The notes under the pieces are model-generated. The model did not search any database and was not told the origin of the DNA. It saw only the letters and a list, made by a program, of their open reading frames with translations. From contig CM119265.1 of NCBI GenBank assembly GCA_051294375.1, positions 2,845,758 through 2,909,757 of the forward strand: a stretch of DNA of 64,000 bases, written 5' to 3'. The position numbers were made by a program, and so were the translations under genes. This document shows, in pieces, positions 13,146 through 26,073 of the stretch. Source of the DNA: Paraspadella gotoi (Eukaryota > Animalia > Chaetognatha). Numbering within the stretch: the first letter of the stretch is position 1; the number at the start of each line of letters is the position of its first letter.

Positions 13146-16100
13146 TCATTTACGGTTTTTTGTTCCACGGAGCAATACAAGCCGTTTGCATTGGTTTCCC
13201 TCATCAGTCGCAATTCCTCCACACTCTGATTTTGCCGATCAATAAAATGTCGTTTCCTTTCCTCGTGTTCGTAATCGAGATTCCGTAACATCCAAACGGA
13301 GAACCTTGGAAAACTGGCATCATCACATCGACGAAGCCTCGACGCTTTACATCTTCCGCGGCCACGGTGTGGTTCGAGAATGTCGAGAGCTCATTCACTA
13401 ATCTTGGCAAACATTTTTCTTCATTAACGAATACTTCGTAAGATGAGAGAAAATAATCGCCCGGGTCGCAGTCATCTATTGTTTTAAACATGTTATAATT
13501 AATGTTTAAGTATACTAATATTACTAGTACTAATTTTACAATTAAATAAATTCGAAGAGTGGTTATCTCACCATTTTTCAAATCCTTGGGACATTCTTCA
13601 CTTTGTTGCAAGCGAATTTTGTATATAGGTAATTTCTGAAAAGGGAAACAATCATTTTTAATTATGTATAAAAAAGAAATATTAAAGAAAAAAGAAAAAA
13701 TAATAAAAATTCTAAAAGGACAAAATAACCGTGAGTTTTTCAAATAAAATATGCGGCGTTGTCAGCCTTAATCCGACTGCCTTACTACGTAAATAATTGA
13801 ATTTACTATAATGTTAGGCGAAAAAAGTTTTTTAAAGGATTTAAAATTCATTAATTACATGTCCATAGGCATCAAAAAAATAATGTTCAATCGCTCAATT
13901 TTTTCATCACTCCACCCTACTATACAACCTCATTAGCTTAATTATTAATGTATTGAAGAGACATGATATAATTGTGTGATGATACCGATTATTATAAGCA
14001 GTCCCTAAGTTTGAGATAAGGCTGCAGGGGGGGGTGAAGCGCCTCGTCCCTCTTAACCCAAGTCCTCTAGGTCCACTACAACTTCATTAATTCATTTTTT
14101 TAAAAATATTTTTTCAATTGATAAAATTCTAACTTCGTTTCCGGGAAAAGTGATGAAAAAAAAATGGGGAAGTTTCTTCGATTTTCCAGATTCCCAATTT
14201 GCGCCGCGTCGAGTTTCGTTTAAGGCGTAACGCAATTTAGCAAAGCTTCGCTCGGAAGATGGCGTGACCTTGAAATCCCTGTCTTTGAAGGACATCTCTT
14301 TGAGACAAGGACCGGATGGTGACATCGGCGGATCATCGAGTTGTTGAAGTCCTTTAAGGGGAGAGGGGGATGTTTCTGAAATTTATTTATTTAAATATTC
14401 TTTCAAAAGCAATGATTTCGTTCATCATTTAGTACGCACATTTAGAGAAATCTTATATTTTCTTAGATTTAATAAATTTATAGAATGTATTAGAATTTAT
14501 TGAATTTATATTTAATAAAATTAGTTTAATTTTTAAAATAGTAAATTAATTCAAAATACTTATATCGGTTATAATATCTAGTTGAATTCAATGTTATCAC
14601 CATTTTTTAGAAGTAATTTGCTCATATTTGTAGATTTTCTTTTGAATCGATATATTATAAGATTGTTTAAAAAATTAATTTATTTAAAAAAATATAATAT
14701 TGCTTACCTTCAATATTTGATGTCTGATAAGCTTTAACAATCGTAGAAGCATTCGTATCAGATTCGGTAAACTTGACAATATTGCACACAAGCTTCATTT
14801 GTTTATCATCAAAGGTTCCCTTAAAAGATTTTACCCTATTTTTAAATTTGTAAGACGTGTATAAATTGAAATAAATTATTTAATTATTCAAATAATTAAT
14901 TAGCATAGGTAAATTTAATTATTTAATTAAAAATTAAATAATTAAATAATAATCTTACTTGAACGAAAAAAGCAACTCCTTTCTTAAATTGAGAATAAAC
15001 TGCGCAAGCGACTTTGGAATTGATTCTTAGCTTTTCGATATTTTTGGTTTGAATCGACGTAAACTTCAGTTGGTAAAATGTCGAATTTTCTATTTCAAAA
15101 TTTAACAAAATTAGCGGAAGGATATATAGTTACTTTACTCACTTTTAGAATGCTTCCTACTATTTTTTATGGTTTATTTTTATTTTTATTTTTATGGTTT
15201 ATTTTTATTTTTATTTTTATGGTTATATTTATTGTATTGTTTTCATAAACTGAAACAGTCAAATTTTTAAATTCGGACTTACCGGCTAGGATTATATTTG
15301 TTAAGATTAACAAAGAGAAAAGAGAAACATTAATCGTAAGAGGAAAAGGGTTAATATAAATATTTTTGCACTTTATATTCATTTTTGAGCTTAAAATAAT
15401 GTAAAAAGAAGTTTAAAAAAGTAGCGGATGTATAAACCAGAAAATATAAACCAGAAAATATAAACCAGAAATCTATTATTTGTCTAGAGGCAAAGTCAAT
15501 ATGTATCAAATGTTTACTCCCTGCAACGAAAACGGAGCAATCAGCCAAAGACAAACCGGAAAGTCACGAGTTCCAGGTAAACTTTTAACCCTTGCGAAGT
15601 GAGTGTGAGGTAAAATCAATATTGGTGCTCTATGTCTCTGAAACAAAACTTATGAACGAAATAGGTAAGGCATAGGAATGAACGCCAGTAGTGGTGGATT
15701 GCACAGTTTTTATTTATTCATAAAGTTTTCATAATTTTTTTTTGTGTCCGTCTGCTTTGAAATGATTTTTTGCAGTGTGATATATAGTATTGCATCCTAA
15801 ATCTAAAACCGCGCCTACGACTGTTTTATCGATTCTGCAAAAATGTTTAATTTTACTGTGTAAATATATCATGTTTGTAAAACGAGTTTGTACAGGTTTG
15901 ATTACCTCTAGGGGCAAGTTTTTGGTTAATGGATGTTTACAAAATCGATAGGATCATTAAATGATAAATAATAATAATAATTATAATATTAAATGATAAT
16001 AGAGTAGAATAATATAATAGAAGATTAGTGCATAGTAACAGGATATAGCATAGCATAGCTCTAAGCTGTAAAGTTTTTAGGTTTTACTTTTCTGCCTAAT

Positions 16101-16617
16101 TAAATTTTCATGAATTTTCATGTTCGTTATTAACGGCATTCACTACAGAAATACGATCCTCTGGAAATAACTGCAAGCGTTTCAGCCACTTTCTCTACTT
16201 ATATTTAGAAGATTAATTCAGGAAAGCAATTGTATATAGATATATATATAATATTATATATAAATTCGTAAAATCAAATTAGCACTACTTTGAAAAAACT
16301 CAAAACAGGTTGTTTTTTTTTTTGGGTGTGTTTTTCAACAAATAATCGTCATTGACGACTAGTTTGACTTGTTTGACTGGTTTGACAATCAGCGTGCATC
16401 AAATACATTCTGCCTGGAACCTAGGACCTTCTCTACGACGCGGCGGCTCCGTGTTAATCAACCACTTTACCCACTTGAACACGATTGTTAGGATTCCACT
16501 CGAAATTTTCTGCAAAATCATTTTTTTCGGTTTTTAAAATTAATTGAGAAAATAAATAAACGAAATGTCGCTGGAAAGACAGTTCCCGATCCACCTTGTT
16601 TAATAAATTTTTTTCAT
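13146..16617 (-). CDS. Multi-exon gene X: degenerate protein-kinase-like N-terminus plus uncharacterised C-terminal region (possibly partly pseudogenised)
   Basis: The 3' exons splice in frame in the consensus of copies (ENSTFYQLKF...AFFVQ / GTFDDKQMKLVCNIVKF... / ...LLLKNGDNIEF / ETSPSPLKG...FPGNE / KLPIYKIRLQQ... / DDCDPGDYF...GTKNRK*). The 5' part has ordered kinase-like motifs broken by frameshifts. Confidence 0.6.
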
Positions 16618-16702
16618 GAATTTATTTATTTTTTCTCTTAAAATTTTCTTGATTTAACAAAAAATTCGGACATGACCTTTCGGCCTGCATTCTGCATCGG
16701 AC

Positions 16703-18199
16703 ATGTCGCGATTATTTAATAAAAATCTTTTTGCCTTTTTGTTTTCGTCTTTGGTTCTCGTCTTTTGGTTTCGTTGGCAAATCGCAGATTTGTCCTCAAG
16801 TTTTACGCCCTTTGCTGGTGAGAGCGTTTTTGAGTTTTTACAATAATTGGTTAATTACTATAAACTTAATCACTTTTCAAAGTTTAAAATTACAGAAATA
16901 CATAGCTACTTATTCTGCAAAGACATCTCTCTCTCTCTCTCTCCCCCTCATCCCCTTCACCGATCCCCAGTGAGTCCCCCAGTCCCCGAAATTCCCAAAG
17001 GCTTCGATATTTTCACCGATGGTTGCAAGATTCCCTCATTCGATCCATTCGACGCTTCAATTTCTCACGTCAAGTTGGTCGGTGAGACGTGAGACGTGAG
17101 ACGTGAGACGATAACGTTTGTACTTTGGTTATTTTGTTAGATTTTATCGCCTACACAAGTGAAGATCCCTGTAAATAAAAAAAAGATTAAAACTTTTATT
17201 AAGCTACTTTTACAGAACAAAACTTTTTACCGTGACTTATATTTACATTTAAGGCAAAGAAAATTCCGGGGGTGACTGTTCAAACTTCGAGCGACATCTG
17301 GATTCAATTCCGGAAAAAAACGTGGCTTTCGTCAAAAACGAATCTCTTGCGAAACTGAAGGCGAAATTCTGCGAATGGGCGGCCGTGATTCGCGGAGACG
17401 AGTCCGACTCGAGCTGGGATTGGTCCAAGAGTACGCGGTTTAACGCCGATGAGAAGGTAACGTCATTGTTTGGGACTTTGTTTGTATGTAAGTATTAAAA
17501 AAGAAGCTGGTGTCTTGTTTATTGTGTTGAGGAGTTTTTGAGACTCAAGTATTTACGGATCAACCACAATGGCATTTGTCCATATTTCTTTGATCAAAAT
17601 ATTGTTAAATTTCATTTTCTTTTACACTTATTAAATTGGTACAACCAATATAAAAGTTATCCATTCATTTAATTGATAAGAATTTAAATAATAAATATAT
17701 ACATTTTTTATCTCACCTCATCTCATATGAAAAGAGTAACGTATTCATATTAAAATAATGTGAATATTTGTCACCATCATTTTTTTGATCCAACTTTAGG
17801 TCAGAATCTCGGCTGACTTTGCCCTGGTCAAGTGCTACAACGATTTGCAGCAGATGGTCCTGGCGGAATTCGTTGTCCTCGGATTCGAAAATTCGTTAAA
17901 AATAAAAGAAAAAAAAATTTTGAGAGAAAAACATGAAACAATTGTTGGAATAAAAAACGAATTCGATGTTTTTCTTGTCGGTATCGATTCGGTGTCGAAA
18001 AACAACTTTATCAGGTTAACTCTGTTTTGGGTTCTTTACCACGTTTACCGACTCGAATAATTGTTATCCTCTTTTCCTTTTCATTCAGAAATTTGCCGAA
18101 AACGAGAAAATATTTGATGGAAAATTTGAATCCTATTGAATTTCATGGGTAAACAACTTCTTGGTTTAAAAGCGAAATTTTAAAATTATAGAGCGAGGA

Positions 18200-18230
<31 letters not shown>

Positions 18231-21200
18231 TTCTTCTACCTCTTTTTCCAAATATTTATTAATTTACTTTGAATATATCATTCTTGCTACTGACGATGAC
18301 ATATCTCATAATATACAATATATTATATTATAACGCCAATTTTGAGAAAAAAAATTATTTATACATTTTTTTGTCAAAATCGCACAAAGCCTCTCAAGTT
18401 AACTTCTTTTGGCCAAGATTTCGCTGTTAAACAAACATTAAGCTACAATAAAGTCGCCGACAATACTCTCGTCAATTTTATTCCTTTCCTTACCGGAAAA
18501 TATCTCAAAGATTTGCCCTGGGATGAAACCAAATCGAAACTACCCTGGGACAACTATCCCTTCATTTGGAAAAACTTTTCGGACAGAGGGTAAATACTAA
18601 ATTGTGGCTGTATATTCACACCGCCTCACGTCCAGCTCATGGGTAAGAAGGTCTCAAGTTCAAACCCACGTATTCACACCGCCTCACGTCCAGCAGCGTT
18701 CAGCCAATCACATTGGCTCTCAGGGGGAACGCACCATCCAGGGCGTTGCGTACCATCAACAGTCCTAACGATTTCCTTCTGGGTTGGCAAAGCGAGACCG
18801 TCCTAGGGGAACCGCGCCACTGACAGGAGGCGTTACTGAGTGTCGGAAGCCCCCAAAGCCATCAGTAAGATGCCCCTTTCCAATGGGCATCACGGGCAAC
18901 CCGGCTGTTACCATAAGAGCCCCTTTTCTCCTTTAATTCAGAATTAAAATTATTTTTAAGTTTAGTGATTTGGCTTAGAGATTAGGGTTAAGGATTTGGG
19001 TCAAGGGTTAGGGTTTAAAGTTAACAGATAAGGTTAGAGATCAGCGTTACGACTTAGGGATTCAAATGTATTAGTTTAAGGTATTAGGTCAAGGTCACAA
19101 GGTTAGGGGGCTGAGGGATTTTAAAAAATCAGGCTTAGATAATGAAAATAAAATTAAGTTGAGGCATTAAGAACAGAAATAGGGCACTTTTGGAAAATAG
19201 TGGCCAAAAATTCTCATTAACTTTTTTGTATTATTTTTGTATTAAGTCAGCACTTGATAATAATTCCATTAGGTACTGGACTCTGTATGGTGAAGATTAT
19301 TTCAGTATCAGTACCTTCAACTACATAAAGGAGGGTTTTCACCGGCAGCCCACAGACACTATTTTCGACCATTTTTACTGGCCTATGATAAATATCATAA
19401 ATTAGAGTAAGTTCAACTCTGAGAATTATCTTAATTTAATTCTCCGAAATTCATTTTCAAAATTGATTTTCTCCTTTGAATTGTAGTGGCGTATCGGCAC
19501 CAAATGTTTTGGAAATCAAACTCAGGTTTGTTTTATTTTTTTGATTTTTAGTGATGTAATATCACTACCCGTTGGATACCACTATTCCTTCCGTCAGCGT
19601 CCTAATAGCGCGCTTGTTTAACGCTTCATCTCCGAACCCAATGGGCATGGGTTCTAGCCCTGGTTGAACAGTCCTTGCAAAAAGAGTGACGGGCCGGTTA
19701 AACCACCGGTAGCAAACCTACATGGCAACTGACGGAAAAAGCTACCAGACCCACTCGGCACACTAAGTATGAGGCTATCCACAGTCACAGACAGGCATGG
19801 CGACCCTCTCTCCTCTTGGTCACTAAAATAATTGGTTTGAATTACTTCATAACATTCTTGTATACCTATTACCTAATAATTCATGTATAATAACTGGCAA
19901 GTTAAAGGGGTAGCAAGGATTTTCTGAAGAGCACTTAATTATATTTAAGTAAGTGATGTAAAAGTATGTGACTAAAAAGTATTACCTTTAAATGATGCAG
20001 TACGTATTACCAGACTCGTGAGCATTTCCAAATCTAAATTGGACCGACCGATCAAAAGTAGACTAATCGGGTTCGTCCTCCAGTGAGTACTCAACAATTT
20101 TCCCTCGAAGGGCGATTGGCTCTACGATTGGTTCTTCAACGTCCTTCGATCTCGCGACGTCAGCGATCGAACTTTTGCTTTACTTTGGTCCAACTCTTGG
20201 TCGCATGAGGAGCTCCACGCGACCAGAGCAGCGGACGAGCCCACGCTCCGACTGTTTAAGAGATTGAACGAGGGTGAGGGGGAATATTAGGAGCAATTGG
20301 GAGGATCTATTAATAAATAAATACTTAAAATAATGAGTGAATGAATGAATTTATACATGATTGAATTAATGAATAAAAGAAAAAGGAATGAATGAATGAA
20401 TTTTTAATTAAATAAATTATTCATTGATTAATCAATAAATATATAGATGAATAAATGAATTATTTAATGAATGATTCATTGAATATATATTGAATATAAA
20501 AGTGAATTACAAAATGAATGAACTGAATAATTGAAGAAAATTTTTTTGACTCAATCAGTGAAATAATTAATTATGATGAAGATGATGATTGAGTGAAATA
20601 CTGTATAACTAAACGAATCAACGAATCTCAATCTAATCAATAAAATCAATCAATCAATCAAACCAATCAAACCAATCAATCAATCAAATCTCCAAGCCAA
20701 TCTTCTCTCCAACGCCATCGTCTTCTTCTTCTCTGACCACGGATTCCGATTCGGCGAAATCAGAGAAACTTTTGCCGGAAAATTCGAGGAGCGACTTCCC
20801 TTCCTCTACGTCCTTTTGCCGGAGAGGCTGCGGCGAAGTCGTCCCGAGTTGGTCGCCAATCTAGAGACGAACTCCCGTCGATTGACGACGAATTTCGATC
20901 TTTACGAGACGATGGTTCATCTCTTGGATATGGGAACTGGAAAGAAGAGAGGGTGAGGGATGAAATGGACAAAATTTGATTGATTGATTGGATTGATTGG
21001 ATTTATTGATTGATTGATTTCTCTCTCCAGGTCAGAGTCCAATCCTCCTTTAGTCAATGGAACCAAATTTCGTTATTCCCTCTTCGATGAAATTCCAACG
21101 ACAAGATCTTGTGCCTCAGCGACCATCAAGCGCCATTGGTGCACTTGTCAGACAATGAGGAAGGTCGTTGTGGAGAGCAAGATGGCAATTGACGTCGGCA

Positions 21201-22970
21201 ACTTTATAATTGAGCGGGTGATTTTACTTCGACTTTACCAAATTTGAAATTGTATTGAAAGTTTTTAAAATGAACATGCAATATAATCATAATTTGTTTT
21301 ATTTTTAAGCAATACAAAAACGTTTTTAAAAAAAGAAGCTATGTCCTGCTATATTATTATATTGTGAAAGGGATGGAGGCCTTAAGCCACCATAGCCTGT
21401 CCAAAGACTGGAGGCAAAATAACTTATTTTCTGAATGAATGGATAATTTTTATATTGATTGTACGAATTTCATGAAGCGTAATTTCTATATTTTTTTTAT
21501 ATTTTAGATAAACGAGGTTTTAAAACATCGACGAAATATTTGTCAGTTTCTGACTTTGAAGAAAATAAAAAGCGCCTTCATTACAGAATCTCCCGATTAT
21601 TATCTCAAGGTAAAGTAGAAGTAACTGTTGAAGATGGTTTGTATTGATAAAGTTGTAATCCGTATCTGAACGAGTTTTAAGAAAAGAACTGTTGAAAACC
21701 GTATCTGATCTAGAAAGAATTAACTAAAATTGACCAAAATTGATTACATATATGTATATATATATATATCTTCGATTCTGTCGTTCTGTTCGTCGCCTTG
21801 ACTTAACTTTGTCTTTCTGCTATATAACAATCTTCACTCAATTAACCAATTAACCAATTAACCAATTAACCAATTAACCAATAAACCTTTGCAGTGGCGA
21901 CAAGAGGGGGGGACACCCTCGCCTCAGGCGAGGGGCCCGGGCCCCAGGGAGGGCCGCTGAGAAGAGAGAAAAAAAGAAAGAAAGAAAAGAAGAAGAAAAA
22001 AAAAGGAATTGAGTGATTATGAAAAAAGGTTCAGTCTGTGCAGATAGTTTAACTGATCAAATTCAACTTAGATCATGCCTGGGCCCCTTTAGACTTTAGG
22101 GGTCAAGTTGGTAATGTCCCAACTATTTAATGGGGGTAATGGCCCTGTGGCCCTGTGGCCCCGTGGCCCTTTGGCCCTTTGGCCCTTTGGCCCTTTGGCC
22201 CTTTGGCCCTTTGGACCCGTCCATAGTCCCTAATTTTCAAGCCAGAAAGTCAGTAATCGAAAAATAAAAAATAAAACTATGGAGAGCTGGGGGGGACCCG
22301 GCCGTGGGACCAGTGGAGGGGCCCGCCATTTTTCTCGCAGCCCCTGAACCTTTGTCATTCAGTTCAGAGCTCTCTTCAACGACGTCCTCAACCAACAGCT
22401 CGAGTTCCAACCTCCCGTCAGATCCGCCAACAATTTTGTCGTCGTCGTCGAAGCTTCTCCCGGAGGCGGAGTCTTTGAAGGTGTTGTTGTTGTTGTTGTT
22501 GTTATTGTTTCGTTATTTATTTTAATGTTTTTGGTTTTTTATTCGTTTCATTTTTGACGTTTTTGATTTTCTTGTTCTATTAAAAGTTGTTCTTGTGTTT
22601 TTAATGTTGTTTGTTGTCTCTGTGGTTGTTTTTGTTGTGGTTTTGTTGTTATTGTTTATATTTTGTTGTTGTTTTGGTTGTTTTTGTTGCTGTTGCTTTT
22701 GCTGTTGTTGAGGAACTCTTTTCATTTGTCTCGTCTGTGTAACGATTTGCTCAAATAAAAATGTCCTATCACACTATCACACTGTGTTACTGTGTTTCTT
22801 TTTCCTCCTCAGGCACTGTGCGCGTGTGGGAAGCGAAGGGAAACCATAAAGGGTCGATGTCGTTGGAAGGAGAAATAAGCAGAATCAATTTATATGGACA
22901 AACGTCTCATTGCGTCGAGGAGGCGAGACTCAAAAAATATTGTTATTGCAAAAATGATGCGGGAGATTAA
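16703..22970 (+). CDS. DUF229-family protein 1 (alkaline phosphatase/sulfatase superfamily, type II membrane protein), 14 exons
   Basis: N-terminal hydrophobic anchor, then GCKIPSFDPF, LVGIDSVS, GYNKVADNT, PFIWKNF, YGED..STFNY, WSHE, FFSDHGFRFG..EERLP, RLTTNFDLYETM, RSC..IKRHWCTC and SRINLYG..HC..KKYCYC. All introns GT-AG. One 1-bp frameshift near 19357 is probably a read error. Confidence 0.93.
18916..19190. mobile_element. Second MITE family with GGGTTA-like core
   Basis: Imperfect inverted termini AAGAGCCCCTTTTCTCCTTTAAT / ATTAAGAACAGAAATAGGGCACTTT. Confidence 0.55.
19551..19825 (+). mobile_element. tRNA-derived SINE family A
   Basis: Similar to 40109-40405 and 57008-57305, with a diverged minus-strand copy at ~26540-26705. 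B-box-like GGGTTCTAGCC. Confidence 0.7.
21372..21474 (+). repeat. Dispersed repeat (probable retroposon 3' tail)
   Basis: GATGGAGGCCTTAA..GCCTGTCCAAAG..TGAATGGATAATTTTTATATTG also occurs at ~38352-38455 and ~55248-55345. Confidence 0.6.
21892..22346. mobile_element. hAT-type non-autonomous element (MITE)
   Basis: Termini CAGTGGCG...CAGCCCCTG flanked by a perfect 8-bp duplication AACCTTTG (21884-21891 and 22347-22354). Internal 8-bp GGCCCTKT tandem array at ~22140-22213. Confidence 0.85.
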
Positions 22971-23095
22971 ATAAAGAAAATTTGGAGTCTTCGGCATTTT
23001 TAATTCATGAGGATAAGCTAAAGATTAAGGTGTTGTCGGTACATTGAAAAGTTATCAGTGATCACTGATAGGCCATCGATTATTATATTGATACT

Positions 23096-23300
23096 ACGGT
23101 GGACTAAAATCCACCAACCGTTCATCAGCGGCAGGAGGCGAGTCATTCGCTTCCCAACCAAAAGGTCCGGGGTTCTAGCCCGGTGGCTGCCTAACACGCC
23201 TGTAACACGATGTTACAGCCTTGTCCAAAGCTCAGGGACTGCTTAATAAGCAGTGCTTATATTGAACGGTTCTGTCACTAACTCATAACAATTATTTCTC
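23096..23300 (+). mobile_element. tRNA-derived SINE family B
   Basis: Head GGTGGACTAAAATCCACC, tRNA-like TTCGCYTCCCAACC..GGTCCGGGGTTCTAGCCC, tail TTCTGTCACTAACTCATAAC. Other copies at 29418-29630, 29808-30020, ~6614-6740 and ~13955-14080, plus a tail at ~39382-39420. Confidence 0.7.
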
Positions 23301-26073
23301 GAAAAAACCATAATTACTTTATATATATAGGTAAGTTAAACTATATCCTACATATACATTCATCCAATAAGCTATCTTACACCTTACTTTAGACAGGCTA
23401 GGGAGGGTTAAAATGATAAAATAGCGGGACTCTGCAAGCTTTCAATCAAGACTCTCTCACATTCTCATTTAAAAATACCAGAGCTATTGTCTTCTCTATC
23501 AATGAAATGGTAAAATAGATTTACTAACTGTTTCAATTGTAAGAAAAGAAATATAAAATAAAGACAAAAAAGAAAACTACCTTTCTTCAGTGGATTAGAT
23601 ACTAGAACTTTTTTCTTAAGAGTGTCGAGAAATTTCCATGGCAACTGATAGAAAAGTGATATTGAGACACGATAACATGAGTAATTTGGTTTTGAACGAG
23701 GACCTGATCGCGCATTAGATACATAAGCGGTGTAAAAATTTCGAAAGCGACTAGTAGAGACGAGGAGCGACGAGGAGCGAAAACATGCGCAATTTCTGCG
23801 GACCAGCTCCGTTAAATAATAAATTTCATGATGAAACCATGAAAACTACGCCTTTGTTCCCCAAGATTTGGAAAGTTCAGACACTGAACTATCCAGATGT
23901 CAAATAATAATGGTCAGTTAACGTTGTCTTCAAGTGCAAATTAATGCCTCCACTAAAAGTTGATTTTGGACTTTTTAAATTAGCCGATGAAATTTAAATG
24001 CTAATGTATACAGCGTTAAAATAATCTATCATGACCATAGATTATGGTATTAAAATATTTTTTGTCAAAAATGCTTTCTTCTGAGGGTACTCGCCTAATT
24101 AAAAATATTATATTACTATATAGAGCAAAAATATTTTTTTTAAATCTTAAAATTTTTTGATGGATTCTGATAGAGCATAAAAAGTTAAACAAGAAATATA
24201 ATTACAGCTTTTAAAAATTATTACGTTTTCTAAGTGAAAATATAAAAAAAACTGATAAAATCATCGAAAGATGATGATGATGATGATTTTTTACAGTTTT
24301 TTTTTTTTTTGACACACTTATCATAAAAATATTTAAAAAAGAATCATACTTTGTGTAGACAACTTTTTATGAGTTATCTGAATCTGGTCTTAAAATTTAA
24401 AAATTCCAAACAAAATTTTTGGCCTTTCCTATCTATAAATAAATATTAAAAAATTAATTACTAGGGTATAGAGCCATATTAGAAATTTTTTGTCCATTGA
24501 AAGTATTCTTAAAAATGTCTAAATATTCGTTTGAGCATGTACTCACTCTAAATTTTTGACTCACCCCATTGAGTGCGGCTACCTCATTATCTCATTAAAT
24601 TTAATGAGATAATTTTAATAAGCTAAAGAGTTTAGCCGCTTGGCAAGACACTAAACTAATTATATGTTTTGTGATAAGTTATCTTTTTAGCACCAGCATT
24701 ATACAAGGGATAGTTAAACTTGATGTAAATTCTTAAATGTAGTATTATGTTTTACTGGCTTTGTTTCATATCAAATCACCATATCTTATCACCTTTACCG
24801 ATTTTATTTGTTCCCGCAAAGGAAGATACCAGGGACGTTAGAGGTTCAAATACTAATAACACTTTTTAATTTATTTGTTGGGATCAGGTGCAAATATTGT
24901 AAAATATAGCAATGAACGGACATTTTCGAGTAGAGGACCAGTTTTAAAATGCATTAGAAATGAGTTCAACGATTGTCTTAGAGTAGGAAACTTGTAATAG
25001 GTTTAAAAATATTACTTATTATTTACAGTAAAATACAAAAAAAAGACAAATCATAGGAAAACCGCTCGCGGAGTAATCGTTTTAAATAGCTTTAAATACT
25101 ACTAAACTATTTATGGATTTATGTTTTTCCACCGATTTTAGATACTAAAATCCATGTACTATCAAAAACCATTCGTAGTTGGCAAGTATTTAAAGCGCTA
25201 TTTGTGCAACTTTCGTAATGAACCAAAAAAAGCAGAAAAAAATTTTGATCGCTAGAATTTTTTTTCTTCGCGAAGCGACATATATATCTACCCAAAAGTC
25301 TAAACGTTTATTCTCGGTGACTGACGTGGCAAATATGTGACAAATGTAATAAATATTTCATCTTAAATAATTTTGAAATTTCAAATGTCAAATTTCTAAT
25401 CAATATTTTTACACGATCAATTCTTTGAAGTCCAATATTCATGATTACTTATGGGTTTTTTTTTTCTCTCTCTGTGTCTCTCTGTCTGTCTCTGATCTTT
25501 TATTCTACCAAATTTACAATTATTTTATAATAAAAAAAAATTGTCTTGAAAACAATTTAGTTTTTTCTTCACCCCTTCAAAATCGCAGTTAAAAAAAATT
25601 TTACTTAGTAAATGATTCTTATCGAAGTGTTAGAAAAAAAAATAATTTGAAAATCATTTTGGCATTTACTCATTTTGTGGATCCTGAACACATCAAGTGC
25701 GTTATAATATCAATGAGAATGGTAGTGATTCCCTATGATTCCCTGTATATTCTAAGCTAGTTTTCAAAAACTCAGATAGAGTAAAACCTTTTTAGAACAA
25801 ATTTGTATTTAATCCATACTAGGTATCTGGGTATCCCGTTGTTTATCAAGATTTAAAAAAAAAGTAAATTCATCTTAAACTACCTGGAATATAGCTTGAC
25901 AAAGTGAGCCTGAAATAGAGAAAAGCCTTATATCTCTTAAAGAAATGATTTTTGACAACTGATATTGCTTGAGAGGTTTCCGATGATAGTCACTAATTAA
26001 TTAAAAGCATATATATTTTTGTACGATGAACTAACCTTATTCCAATAAAAAAAAATATTTCGATGATAGTGAA

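Larger units (their letters stand above)
5131..15565. repeat. Giant inverted repeat (arms ~5131-10402 and ~10553-15565)
   Basis: Arms are reverse complements around a (CT)n-containing spacer. 1-3500 is also a direct copy of ~6991-10460. Confidence 0.95.

Noticed and set aside
15729-15840. Matrin/U1-type zinc finger (HFKADGHKKK)
   Set aside because: No CxxC pair; the position fits the kinase-like hinge region better.
23300-26000. Additional gene between DUF229-1 and DUF229-2
   Set aside because: AT-rich, with no ORF or exon chain I could support; likely decayed transposon sequence.
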